Source: Octopus vulgaris (lineage: Eukaryota). From it: a stretch of DNA of 64,000 bases. Shown here piece by piece: positions 23,301-33,419 of this stretch. Location of the stretch: NCBI GenBank assembly GCA_951406725.2, contig OX597814.1, positions 144,584,001-144,648,000 of the forward strand, given 5' to 3'. A program made the position numbers and the translations under genes. A model generated the notes under the pieces. The model did not search any database, was not told the DNA's origin, and saw only the letters and a list, made by a program, of their open reading frames with translations. Numbering within the stretch: position 1 is the first letter of the stretch; each line of letters begins with the position of its first letter.

Positions 23301-26300
23301 GCCAACCAAAGCCTTGTGAGTGGATATGGCAGACGGAAACTGAAAGAAGCCCATTCTGTAAATGTGTGTGTGTGTGCGTGCATTTCTGTGTTTGTTCCCC
23401 CCCACCACCACTTGACAAACTGGTGTTAGTATGTTTACATTCCCATAACTTAGCAGTTCAGCAAAAGGGAATGGTAGAATAAGTACCAGGTTTTAAAAAA
23501 TTAAGTACTGGGGTCAATTCATTCAACTAAAATTCTTCAAAGCAGTGCCCCAGCATGACCACAGTCTAATGACTGGAACAAAAGATAATGTAAGAAAGAT
23601 ATAGTTGTCTTTTTTTTTTTTTAAAGAGTGATAGAGAATGATTTGAGGGAAATTTGGCTTCTATTTCTAGCAGATTAAGCAACCACCTAAAATTTTTCTT
23701 TGGCTCATCTCACCTAATCATCCTCATCATTATCACCATTTAACGTCCACTTTCCATGCTGGCATGGGTTGGACGGTTTGATTGAGGGCTGGCAAGCCAG
23801 AAGGCTGTACCAGACTCCTATCCAATCTGGCAAAGTTTCAACAACTGGATGCCCTTCCTAATGCCAACCATTCTGAGAGCAACTGCTGCACCTAATTATC
23901 ACGTAACTTCAATATTTTGAGGATACAATTGTTTATTTTTAAAATGACATTCTACAATAGGTGTGGGAAGTTGGATCTGGCTTGTTTGAACATAAAACAG
24001 GTAGAATCTTTGGGCCAGATGTGGCCATTTTAAATGCAAAAGAGTTAAACAAAGACAAGATGATCCCAGCTTGGACAGCTTACAGATCTGCTAAATGGAG
24101 ACTGAAACGGGACTAAATAAGCAGTAACAAAACCAATGTGAATTAGATGAAACTGGTTCGTGAGTAGTTGTCATCCTTCACTTGTATACTGCAAAATCTT
24201 GGTCACTTCCTTATTCAAACTGGACTAATATGCTGCCAACAAAAAGTAGTGAGTGGCATGGTAGACTTAGTAGAATGGTCGACAAAATGCTTTGTCGTAT
24301 TCAGTGATACCCCATTGAATTTATTTCAGTTGAAATTCTTGCCATACAACAATTGAAGTGTTGATAAAATTGTACCAGGCAAGTACTATAGTGCCTTTGT
24401 TGGCCATAGTTGACTATGAATCTGGACCTGCACCAAGGTGCAGGATAAGGATTTTGAAGATTAGCAGTTGCCCAAACATGTAAGACTCTCCTCTTGATAG
24501 CATTTTTCAAGAGAAATCCACATCTCTACAGTCCGAAATCAGTGTTGTCATAAGCATTTCCATTAAAACACAGAGAGTAAGAATAAATACTTCATCTTCT
24601 TCAACACTAATAATTCAGGCAATATACTACTTTGGACATTTTTTTCTTTTCTAATCAAGCCTGAAAGGACAAAATTGGAGGATAGCAGGTCAGGGCCACA
24701 CCAAATTCAGTAAACAATTCCATATGACTCATTATATACCTCTACCCAACAAAATGTGGCCCTGTGCTCTTGTCAGAAATCACAATCTCAAAAAACCAAC
24801 TTAATGCATATTTCCAGCATGCACTAAAAATATCTAAAGAAAATACTGCAAGACAAAACGGCTGGTTTTTCCATACACTTGTGGGTCTGAGAAGTAACTA
24901 TTTCCAATACATATACTGTTAGCAACACTGCAGAGGTTGTAATTCACCCAAAAAGTGCTGCAATGAAAGCTGAAGGAAACAAGCAGCACATGTAAGCACC
25001 ACTGCTTGATACACAGTTTTAAACCAATGATGATGAAAACACATAGGTGCCAGGTAAGTCAATGCAGGTTTTTATCAATGCCATCGAGGTGAAAGATAGG
25101 TGAAGTAGCTTCCGCCATATGGCTGCTGCAGCAGCATATCAGTTTGGCAATTGTCCATGATAATGCTGTGTTTTAGTCTGTTGTTGGATAGGGATAAAGA
25201 ATGAAAACAAATTTCCTAGTTTGGCATTCATACAACTAAATGAAGTGTTTCAGTATCAACAGGCTGAAAAACAAGAGGGGCCAATAATGTGGGTAATATA
25301 GAGACAAAAAAATATTCTGACATTAGCTGCACTTAAAGAGTGATCAAAGGAATACAGGCAGTGCTGATTCAACAAAATGTTAAGACGTTATCTTTGGTAC
25401 TGTAATAATGCTAACATTGGTAATGCCTGTCTTTTACTCATTTCAGACATTGGATGCAGCCACGCTGGGACACTGCCTTGAAGGATTTAGTCAAACAAAT
25501 TGACCCCAGTACTTTTTTTTTAAGCTTGGTATTTGCATGGCTCAGTGGTTAGAGCATCAGGCTCACAATCATGAGGTAGTGAGTTCGATTCCTGAAGTAG
25601 GCTGTGTGTTGTGTTCTTGAGCAAGACACTATTTCATGTTGCTCCAGTTCACTCAGCTGTAGAAATGAGTTGCAACATCACTAGTGCCAAGCTGTATCGG
25701 CTTTGCCTTTCCCTTGGATAACATCAATAGCATGGAGAAGAGAGGCTGATATGCATGAGCGACTGTTGGTCTTCTACGAACAACCTTGCCCAGACTTGTG
25801 CCTCGGAGGGGAACTTTCTAAGTGCAATCCCATGGTCATTCACGACCAAAGGGGGATCTTTACCCTGTATTTTTTTACTTATTCTATTGATCTTTTTTGC
25901 TGAACCACTAAGTTACGGGGCTGTAAACAAACCAACAGCAGTTACCAAGTGCCAATGGGGGACAAGTACAAACACACAAACATGACAAGTTTCTTCCAGT
26001 TTTTGCCTACCAAATCCACTCACAAGGCTTTGGTTGACCCAGGGCTAGAGTAGAAGGCACTTGCTCAAGGTGCCATATAGTGAGACTGAACCAGGAACCA
26101 TGTGGTTGGGAAGCAAATCTCTTACTACATGGCTATGCCATGGAAATTTATAATTTTTCTTTATTGTCTATGCCATCATTTTTCTATGCCGTCATGCATT
26201 AAACAAGATTTCTTGAGACAGTATTTAAAGATGAGTACTCTTTCTAATACCAACCCATATTTACAAGTAAGATTTTGTAATACTCAACATCTCAAACTGC

Positions 26301-27930
26301 TGGACTTTATGTGAGGCATAAATCACTAATGTTCAACAAATACATCATTTTAACATCCACTTTTCGATGCCTGCATGGGTCAGATGGAATTCACTGAAGA
26401 ACATTTTTCAACTACCAGATGCCCTTCCAGTTACCAACCCTCCCCTAGTCTATCAAGCAACAAACAGCCCAGAGTCTTTTTGTGTACAAAGATCAAATAA
26501 TATGTCAAGATGCTCAGACATGCTTTCTTGAATATCTGAAGCATACGACTTTGCCTATATTCAAAATTCAGTAGTGAGGTTATTGTTTTGTTTATGGTTC
26601 ATGAACACATGTAAAACAAGGAGAAAATACAAGCCATACAAACATACATATTTAAACATATATGACAGCATTCTTCATTTCCTGCCTCCTATTTTCATGC
26701 ACACAGATTCATTAACATGTGGCTATAATACAGAATGTTCATTGGCAATATTCACATAGTTGACTGGATTCTCTGCATTCTGTGCCCATATTTTGCCAAG
26801 ATGCAGCAGCACAGTTTGTACACAAGCAGTGGATAATCTAGTCTTTGTTCAAAGAGAATCCCCTTGTTGACAGATGCAATAAGTCCCAGAAATGTTTCCA
26901 TGTCTTATTCTAGCTACTTTTTCCATCTTATTGAAGCTACTATGCTTTCCAAGAACCTATGTACAGAAGCTACCAAAAATTGATATGGAACATTCTGAGC
27001 AGTGAAATTATCTTACTGGTCGAGCGTGATCGTTACCAGCATCGCCTTACTGGCACTTGTGCTGGTGGAACATGAAAAAACATTGGAGTGAGGTCGTTGC
27101 CAGTGCTGCTGGACTGGCTCCTGTGCAGGTGGCAAGTAGAAAAACACCATTTGAGCGTGGCCGTTGCCAGTACCACCTGACTGGCCCTCGTGTCGGTGAC
27201 ACGTAAAAGCACCCACTACACTCTCGGAGTGGTTGGCGTTAGGAAGGACATCCATCTGTAGAAACTCTGCCAGATCTGACTGGAGCCTGGTGCAGCCATC
27301 TGGTTTGCCAGTCCTCAGTCAAATCATCCAACCCATGCCAGCATGGAAAGCAGACGTTAAATGATGATTATGATGATAACTCTTACTGATAACTAAGTCT
27401 GTCATCTGCTACAAAGTGTTTATTCATTATCAGTTTGCCTTTGATTGCACTGTATCTTTCATGTACCAATAGATCACACTGAATACATTATTTGCAATTC
27501 AGATCACAACTAAGTATATATATATATATATATGGGCAACACACACACATTGCATACATGTGTTTTGTACGCATACATGTTCATGTGTGTGTGCGTGTGT
27601 AACTGAAGCCATTCACACATACATACATACATAACAACCCCTATAAAATTTTTAAAATCTGTTCTCCCTCTCTCTCTCTTTTTACACCATCGCTAGAAGG
27701 GGATTTAACTCATATTTGCAAATGGCATATTTTTCCAGCTTGAAAAATGTTTAAAAGTTATGGCTCAAAATTATTTTTACCATTATTCGCTGCTGCCTCA
27801 GGGGAAAATAATTTGACGAAAATACAGCTAGGATCGTGACGAATGTCCTCCTAAAATTTGAGCAACATGCGTGCTAATTTGTGGACGTGCATAATTTACA
27901 TTCACGTACACACACACACACTCATCATGC

Positions 27931-27986
<56 letters not shown>

Positions 27987-28743
27987 ATCCAAACATGAAC
28001 AAAGAGAAAACACAACAACGGGAGGATGTGGAACAAGTAGTGTTATTGGACGCTCGGGAAAGGAAAGAAAGAAGGAGGATTTAACGTTTTAAAGTTATAA
28101 AATATTGGTATAATTAAAAATTTGGGATGATGAAACATTAAATGACTGGTATGTAATTGTATATTAGTATTTTTGTATTTGTATAGTGTGTAAAAAACAT
28201 CCTGATGAGGGGTGTGTCAGTTTTGATAATATGAAATATATCATATTATTTGGCACGTCTCTGAAATGGCCTGAAGATGGAACTCTAAATTTTTTTATTT
28301 TTGCATTATTTTTCAGAGGTTTTTAATACATCCTTTTAATGTTTCATCATCCCAAATTTTTAATTATACCAATATTTTATAACTTTTATAATGTAAATTC
28401 ACTTGTTTTTATGTATAACACCGACTTATATCTATTGATATATATTTTTATATCTTTATATCTGGAATTTATATGTCCGTTTTGTAAATGTGGAAGAATA
28501 TATGAATATATGTATCTATTTGGTCTTCGAGTGTGGATCTTAATTATGTTCCTCTAGTTTCCACTTGCATTGCCTCTGTTCAAATTAAGAAGTGAAATAT
28601 AGCTCACTTGGAGCACTACAACTCTAATCTATTAGGCCTAATTGGAACAGCTGTAAGGGACCATGTTTGACTTTTGCAGATAAATTTTTATTAAATGTTA
28701 CATCTCCATTTTCTTACTTTCTTTTGAATGATTATAAACCATG

Positions 28744-28787
<44 letters not shown>

Positions 28788-31700
28788 CAATAATCCTAAG
28801 ATAGAATTTATAAACATTTAATAAATCGCTATGCGTATTTCCACAGATCATATGACTTAAGATCACAGTCTGTATTCCTGGGATGATTGCAGTGTAATCC
28901 TTAATATTAGTGGGGATCTGGTTGATCATCATCATTGATTCATTTCTTCAGGCAATATAACATTAGTGGATGATATATATATATATGTATATATATATAT
29001 TTATATTATATTGAGGGTACTACTATTCGTAGATACCAACACGCTAAGAGGGACCAATGCGGTCAAAACTACTAAAAATAAACAAAATTTTACCGAATGC
29101 AAAACTTCAAAACACATCATTTTAAAAAAGAATTCAGTTACATATCACATGTGATTTCGCATTTAATGCAGAATATGCATTTCATGTTCATCAGTGCAAC
29201 AAACTCAAGAAATATAAGAGAAAAACATAACATTACAAGCTCGATAGCCAACCGTAGAATTCGTCATAGCATGTACGAATGTTTATCTTTACATATCTAT
29301 GAAAATGGCGGGCTTATTCGCAATGCATTTCGGTAACAAATTGTCTAGTCGGAATAAAAATTCAGTATTGAACTATTCCGATATATATATATATGCGCAC
29401 ATATATATAATTATCATCATTTAACGTTCATTTTCTATGCTGGCATAGGTTGGATGGTTTGACGGGAACTGGACAGCCGGGAAAATGCACCAGGCTCCAA
29501 CTGTCTGTTTTGACAGGTTTTCTATAGCTGGATACCCTTCTTAATACCAATCCTTTTACAGAGTGTATTGGGTGCTGTTTACATAGCACTGGCACCAGGG
29601 CTATTATGTGGCACCGGTATCAGTGCTTTATACGTGGCATTGGCATGGGTGATTTATACATGGCACTGGTATGCATGCTTTTTACATGGCTCACATACAA
29701 TGTGCACTTTTTCCCTCAAAAGAGAAGTCTCAAAAAAGAATCGATTGTATATATGAAGCTAGGCCTATATTATACGCTTTATTGCACAAAAAACATTTTT
29801 ATTCTGAATATGAACTGCTGAAATTGGGGTATATCTAATGAATCCAGGTAAAAAAAAAAAAGTTACAGGAAAGTAAGTCACGGGGGTTTTGTCCAGATCT
29901 AGTAAATTAATAGTGACTTTTTCCCGGCTACCATAAATTGTGACTTTATTACGGGTCCCCGTATCTGATATGACAGTGCGTCTTGTATGCCATCAAATAC
30001 GGCATTTTTAATGTAAAAAAAAAAAACTAGTTGAGGTCTGTGTTGGAAAAACTGATTTAGTAAAGTTCACAAATATTTGAGGGCACACCAAAAAGGATTT
30101 ACAGCAATAAGCAAACTAAATAATGGTTTCGAATGTTGGCACAGGGCCAGTAGTTTTTGAGGGGAGGGGAAAGTCGATTACACTGACTTCCTCTGTTTTG
30201 GGCTGGTAGTTATTTTATCCACCTCGAAAGAATGAGAGGTGAAAGTCGACCGCGACGTAATTCTTATAAGCATTTTGTCCGGCGTGCGAACGGTTCTGCA
30301 GCTCGCTGTCTCAACGCAAAGAAACTAAATAAATTGTGCAATGGCACTTAGTTTATTTCCGGTGATTAGTCATTTATTCCTATTTGTTATTGTTTAGTCC
30401 AGGACAACACCCAACGAGCAATTCTCATGGATCAATAGCATTCTAGCTGTAACCACTGTCTTTTTCAACAAGCAACACACTGTTAAGACAAATTAAACTG
30501 GTGGTGAGTATTAAATATGACTAAGTTTGCGGTCGATTGTGTAATCCGAAATGGAGAAGAAGAGATTTAAAAAATTGAATTTATAATATTTTTTTCCCAT
30601 TTACAAAATCAAAATGTAATTCAGAAAACAACTTTCGAGGAAGTTAAAAAAAAGTTACAGCCGCTCACGGACTACGAAACGAGAGTAGGGAGAGTTAAAA
30701 AAATATATATAAATTGGTTTCTTCTTTCCATAAAACTTACAATGTTTGATGTTTAAAACAGAAACTTAAAGAAAATTTTTTTTAATGGAAAAAATATAAA
30801 AATTGAGTGGAGCACTTACTCAAAACACCACCTATATGTTTTTCATTAGACAGAGTGTGATTCGAACAAGATTTAGCTACTAATTATAACAGGTCAAATT
30901 ACTGCATCCCTTCGTTGGTGATTATAAACAAGGGTGTTACTAAGTTCCGACTCGCGCAGATCTTTAATCGAGTACATTCAAGCCATCATCCTCTCAGCAT
31001 TTTTCCTTCATGCATAGTGGACATTATCCAATGTGTCTTTTAAAGATAGTTGGGCATCATTTGTGTGTGCGAGAGAGATGATTATTTCTAGCATATCAGA
31101 TGTTCATGTACAGGCGCCCACGTTAACGTGAGATACATGACTTCTAAAGCAAATTCCAAATTTAGAGTTCTGGCGGTCATATTAAGGCAGAGAACCGGCG
31201 AAATTGTTATCAAGCCGAACAAAATGCTAAGCGGCATTTCGTCCGTCTATACCTTGAGTACAAATGCCGCCGAGGTTGACTTTGCCTTTCATTCTTTCGA
31301 GATCGATAAAATAAGTACTAGTCAAGTACTTGTGCCTATCTATAGTAGAAAGGATTATATTAGTTTACCAAAGACAGTTCATATTTACATTAGTATCCAC
31401 AAGCTATATTTAGAAAACGGATAGATGATGGTCAATGTACAGACGAAATTTTGTTTATTTCTTCAAAATGTAAAATGACACTTCACTTAATCATACACGT
31501 ATCAAAAGAATTTATGTAGTTTGAAAACTAGATACAATGGTTTCACTAGCTTATAGTTTCGTGTTCAAACTACGCCAGTCACAATTTAGCAATTTATTTA
31601 AACGGAGATCGATTAATAGCAATAGGTAATAAATAAGATCATAGTCGAAAAAGGGTAAAAGACTATTCTAGTTACGAGAAGGGTAAAAGTTAAAAAAAAA

Positions 31701-32157
31701 GGGACGTTGGGAAGACATGTAACTTGGATGAAAGTATTAGTAAACTATGAAGTATTTATTATTGTTATTATTATTATAGTCATTCTGTATTGGTAATTGG
31801 AAAGCGTTGCGTGAAAGGAGTACGTATTTAATTCTCAGCTTACAAAAAAAAAAAAAAAATCTCACGAAGTCCGTCAAGAGAACACATACGAAACAAGACA
31901 ATTTAATGTGTTGGGGTTTGCGTCGTTGTATCAAATATTTTCTCACTTAGTCAACAAAAACAAATGGAAAGCCAAACAATAAATGACAATTCTTTACTAC
32001 TTACATGATAATTAATTTTCACAGTGAGAGTAGACAAAATTTAATAACGGAAGCGAGAGGAATTGCATAAAATGATAATACTTACTGGATAAAGGTAAAT
32101 TATTGAAATTATTAAAGTCACAACGAAAAAGACAGCGAATATAACGAAGTCGAGCAT
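4486..32157 (-). CDS. CYP20A1: Cytochrome P450 family 20 (CYP20A1-like), complete 11-exon gene, 468 aa; join of 32086-32157, 22959-23008, 21175-21344, 20716-20858, 14995-15159, 14589-14664, 12610-12789, 9935-10052, 8525-8636, 6343-6407, 4486-4741
   Basis: Hand-spliced ORF of 1407 nt, all GT-AG with phases consistent. The N-terminus [41 protein letters not shown], ExxR (ETHR), FDPERF and the C-terminal [14 protein letters not shown] match vertebrate CYP20A1 as recalled (MLDFAIFAV..., [31 protein letters not shown]). Confidence 0.95.
5070..5320. repeat. Compound (CA)n/(TA)n/(TACA)n microsatellite
   Basis: Seen directly. Confidence 0.9.
6343..6407 (-). CDS. CYP20A1: CYP20A1 exon 10 ([21 protein letters not shown])
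   Basis: TTTCTTCAG acceptor, GTATGT donor, 65 nt. Confidence 0.92.
7150..7760 (+). mobile_element. Decayed L2/Crack-type LINE 3' fragment interrupted by a family C SINE (~7270-7516)
   Basis: Translates [10 protein letters not shown]...IASQRL, then [20 protein letters not shown]. Confidence 0.55.
8525..8636 (-). CDS. CYP20A1: CYP20A1 exon 9 ([12 protein letters not shown]-helix ... GHKIPKN)
   Basis: TTAG acceptor, GTAATA donor, 112 nt; ExxR motif. Confidence 0.94.
9935..10052 (-). CDS. CYP20A1: CYP20A1 exon 8 ([22 protein letters not shown]...)
   Basis: TTTCAG acceptor, GTAAGG donor, 118 nt; typical I/J helix sequence. Confidence 0.94.
10844..11620 (+). mobile_element. Non-autonomous hAT (Tip100-like) fossil retaining the transposase C-terminus
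   Basis: Starts CAGGGCCATC; 11076-11170 translates [29 protein letters not shown], like the end of the hAT dimerisation domain. Confidence 0.65.
11640..12430. repeat. Minisatellite, 27-bp unit CCATGGAGAGCTGCTACCACTACAGAT, about 26 good plus a few degenerate copies, in CYP20A1 intron 7
   Basis: Direct tandem periodicity; degenerate copies at both edges. Confidence 0.95.
12610..12789 (-). CDS. CYP20A1: CYP20A1 exon 7 (G/H helices and start of I-helix, ...LIDFLL...[10 protein letters not shown])
   Basis: TTTGCAG acceptor, GTAATG donor, 180 nt. Confidence 0.9.
12940..13200 (+). repeat. ~42-bp tandem repeat (about 6 copies) running into an RTE 3' end that extends to ~13485
   Basis: Unit CACAGAGGTGAGGTGGCTGAGTTCCTTTTGAGTGTTGGGCCT; the last copy reads through LGLTEAMT into the RTE 3' UTR and (GAT)n tail. 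Confidence 0.75.
13550..13938 (+). mobile_element. RTE LINE 3' UTR fragment with (GAT)n tail; similar copies near 6625, 9425, 10590, 23725, 27015, 29415, 60650 in both orientations
   Basis: Matches the 3' UTR of the RTE element at 47385-47780. Confidence 0.75.
14589..14664 (-). CDS. CYP20A1: CYP20A1 exon 6 ([25 protein letters not shown])
   Basis: CTAG acceptor, GTATG donor, 76 nt. Confidence 0.88.
14995..15159 (-). CDS. CYP20A1: CYP20A1 exon 5 ([29 protein letters not shown]...)
   Basis: Polypyrimidine tract plus TAG acceptor, GTAAGC donor, 165 nt. Confidence 0.93.
15481..15701. mobile_element. piggyBac-like MITE monomer
   Basis: TTAA TSD at 15477-15480 and 15702-15705; CCCTCTAG / CTAAAGGG termini. 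Confidence 0.7.
16368..17792 (+). mobile_element. 5'-truncated CR1-group LINE with uninterrupted RT ORF (16470-17717) and (ATT)n tail, in CYP20A1 intron 4, antisense
   Basis: [34 protein letters not shown] and TRGH motifs; (ATT)n at ~17766-17792. Confidence 0.92.
18235..18665 (-). mobile_element. SINE family A, near full length; a partial copy in the opposite orientation follows (18666-18915)
   Basis: Homologous to 37230-37670; internal (CA)/(TA) microsatellite. Confidence 0.8.
20716..20858 (-). CDS. CYP20A1: CYP20A1 exon 4 ([29 protein letters not shown]...)
   Basis: TTTTAG acceptor, GTATTT donor, 143 nt. Confidence 0.92.
21175..21344 (-). CDS. CYP20A1: CYP20A1 exon 3 ([31 protein letters not shown]...)
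   Basis: TTACAG acceptor, GTAAG donor, 170 nt; strong CYP20 similarity. Confidence 0.95.
22113..22305. mobile_element. Helentron-associated (HINE/DINE-like) non-autonomous element
   Basis: TTTTACCTCTGCCTTAGTGAAGGCACAGGT 5' hairpin, GTTT microsatellite, 3' CCTTGGCAGAGGT subterminal inverted repeat. Confidence 0.5.
22457..22808. mobile_element. hAT/Charlie-like MITE
   Basis: TIR CAGAGGTTCTCAAC / GTTGAGAACCAGTG; degenerate 8-bp TSD (GATTAGAC/GGTTAAAC); homologous to 61272-61599. Confidence 0.75.
22959..23008 (-). CDS. CYP20A1: CYP20A1 exon 2 ([16 protein letters not shown])
   Basis: TTTTTAG acceptor, GTATGT donor, 50 nt; phases 0 and 2 fit the neighbours. Confidence 0.88.
23195..23590 (+). 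mobile_element. SINE family A, diverged
   Basis: Head, body and tail homology to the other copies. Confidence 0.75.
25536..25865 (+). mobile_element. tRNA-derived SINE family C (CORE-like), nested in a family A copy (~25430-26140, - strand)
   Basis: TGGCTCAGTGGTTAGAGC A-box, GAGTTCGATTCC B-box, TTGAGCAAGACACT core. Confidence 0.75.
27680..27930. mobile_element. Probable Helentron/DINE-like remnant ending at a (TA)n tract
   Basis: T-rich start, AAATTTGAG...AATTTGTGGACGTGCAT, (CA)n, then CTTTTATATATA end. Confidence 0.35.
27982..28745. mobile_element. Penelope-like element terminal-repeat remnants between two (TA)n tracts
   Basis: Hammerhead-like CTGATGA...GAAA core, 52-bp inverted repeat, flanking TA microsatellites. 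Confidence 0.5.
28198..28279 (+). ncRNA. Degenerate minimal type I hammerhead ribozyme (Penelope-type), probably inactive
   Basis: Stem I CATC/GATG; CTGATGA 28202-28208; stem II GGGGTGTGTCA/TGGCACGTCTC extended by GATAATATGA/TCATATTATT; GAAA 28263-28266; stem III and cleavage triplet damaged. Confidence 0.5.
32086..32157 (-). CDS. CYP20A1: CYP20A1 exon 1 (signal anchor, [24 protein letters not shown])
   Basis: ATG at 32157-32155; 72 nt; donor GTAAGT. Confidence 0.93.
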
Positions 32158-32520
32158 GGTCGTGGGAAGTCTTCTAGATTTGCATTCATAAATGTTAACA
32201 AAATCGGGGGTTGAAATATAAACACAGGAAAGCCTATTTGCTTCTGATTAATATAAGGGGAAAAAATTAGCAGTTTCGTTGCAAATCTTGATTTTACTTT
32301 GTTAGTGTTATCAGGTCTTCCCACGAAAAAATTCTGCAACGTATCAATGGGATGCAGCCGCTGCTGCGTGGACAGCAAAATATTTAGCTGCCGGTGAAAC
32401 CCAAAGAAAAGTTCCTAATGCAGAAAAAGGTTTAAAACACGTACACGCATCATTATTGTTAAATTTCTTGTACCTGCAATTTATATATAAAAGTAAATAT
32501 TGACTGAATAAAGGACTCCC

Positions 32521-32948
32521 GGATCTTTTCGGTTTGAACGGCAGTTTTTAACATAATTTCTAGGTAACTAAAAAATTTTAAACTTCGTATACTGGTAGAA
32601 TGTGTTTATAAAACATCTTTTTCTCTTGGCTTTATTGAGAAAATTCTATAGTTTGTAAGTTATTTGTTGGGTTTTTTTTCTTCAATTTCTGCAATTTCAA
32701 CCAATCACTGACGTCCATTGAGGTAAAAAAAAAAACATTCTGTGCCGTATGAATATGTCCCTCGTTTAAGAAACAGATTGGGTTTATTTACATTTGCGAA
32801 GAAAAAAGGTACCCTTCCCCCCACCCCTAACTAACCCTAACCCTAAAATAGATTGAAATGCAATAGATCGATACTAGGGTCATAATCATGGGTGACAATT
32901 TCATATGACACCGCTAGAAAAAAACTGTCGTTCAAACCGAAAAGATCC
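32521..32948. mobile_element. Mutator(MULE)-like MITE, 428 bp, with internal telomere-type repeats
   Basis: 29-bp TIR GGATCTTTTCGGTTTGAACG(G/A)CAGTTTTT; perfect 10-bp TSD AAGGACTCCC (32511-32520, 32949-32958); CCCTAA repeats at 32825-32846. Confidence 0.85.
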
Positions 32949-33419
32949 AAGGACTCCCGACAAACGTTGACCGAGATATTTTAAATAATTTTATTGACAG
33001 TCGCCTCCAAGTTTCGCTGGTTGTCAATCTCATATCATACGCACACACATACACACACAGCAAAAACTGGTCACACATTAGAATATACAATTAAACAAAA
33101 CTCAATATAATTGAGTGGAGTGAGATCATTTTTATACAAAACTTTCTTTCCGCAAATCACGATTCCGAACAGTATGTTGGTACTTTCGTCGGCCTGACTA
33201 AAGCAGTAAAATATCTAAATATTTCTTTTCAAATTACTTTCAGATATTGCCTTATAGTGATAAAACTCTTTGTTGGCATTTTACTTATTAATGTTAACTG
33301 CATACTGCATTTTTAGTCATAGCACGAGCTTTTCTTTTCTTTTCTTTTCAACTTACTGCGTCTGCCGGAAGTGACAGAGCTCATGACCCTTACAGGCCCT
33401 TCGAGCTAGTGAGATTAAT

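Noticed and set aside
25536-25620. tRNA genes at SINE heads (also ~19255, 38210, 41508)
   Set aside because: A/B boxes run into SINE bodies and there is no complete cloverleaf.
32825-32846. Telomere or chromosome-fusion remnant
   Set aside because: Only about 3 CCCTAA units, internal to a TIR- and TSD-bounded MITE.
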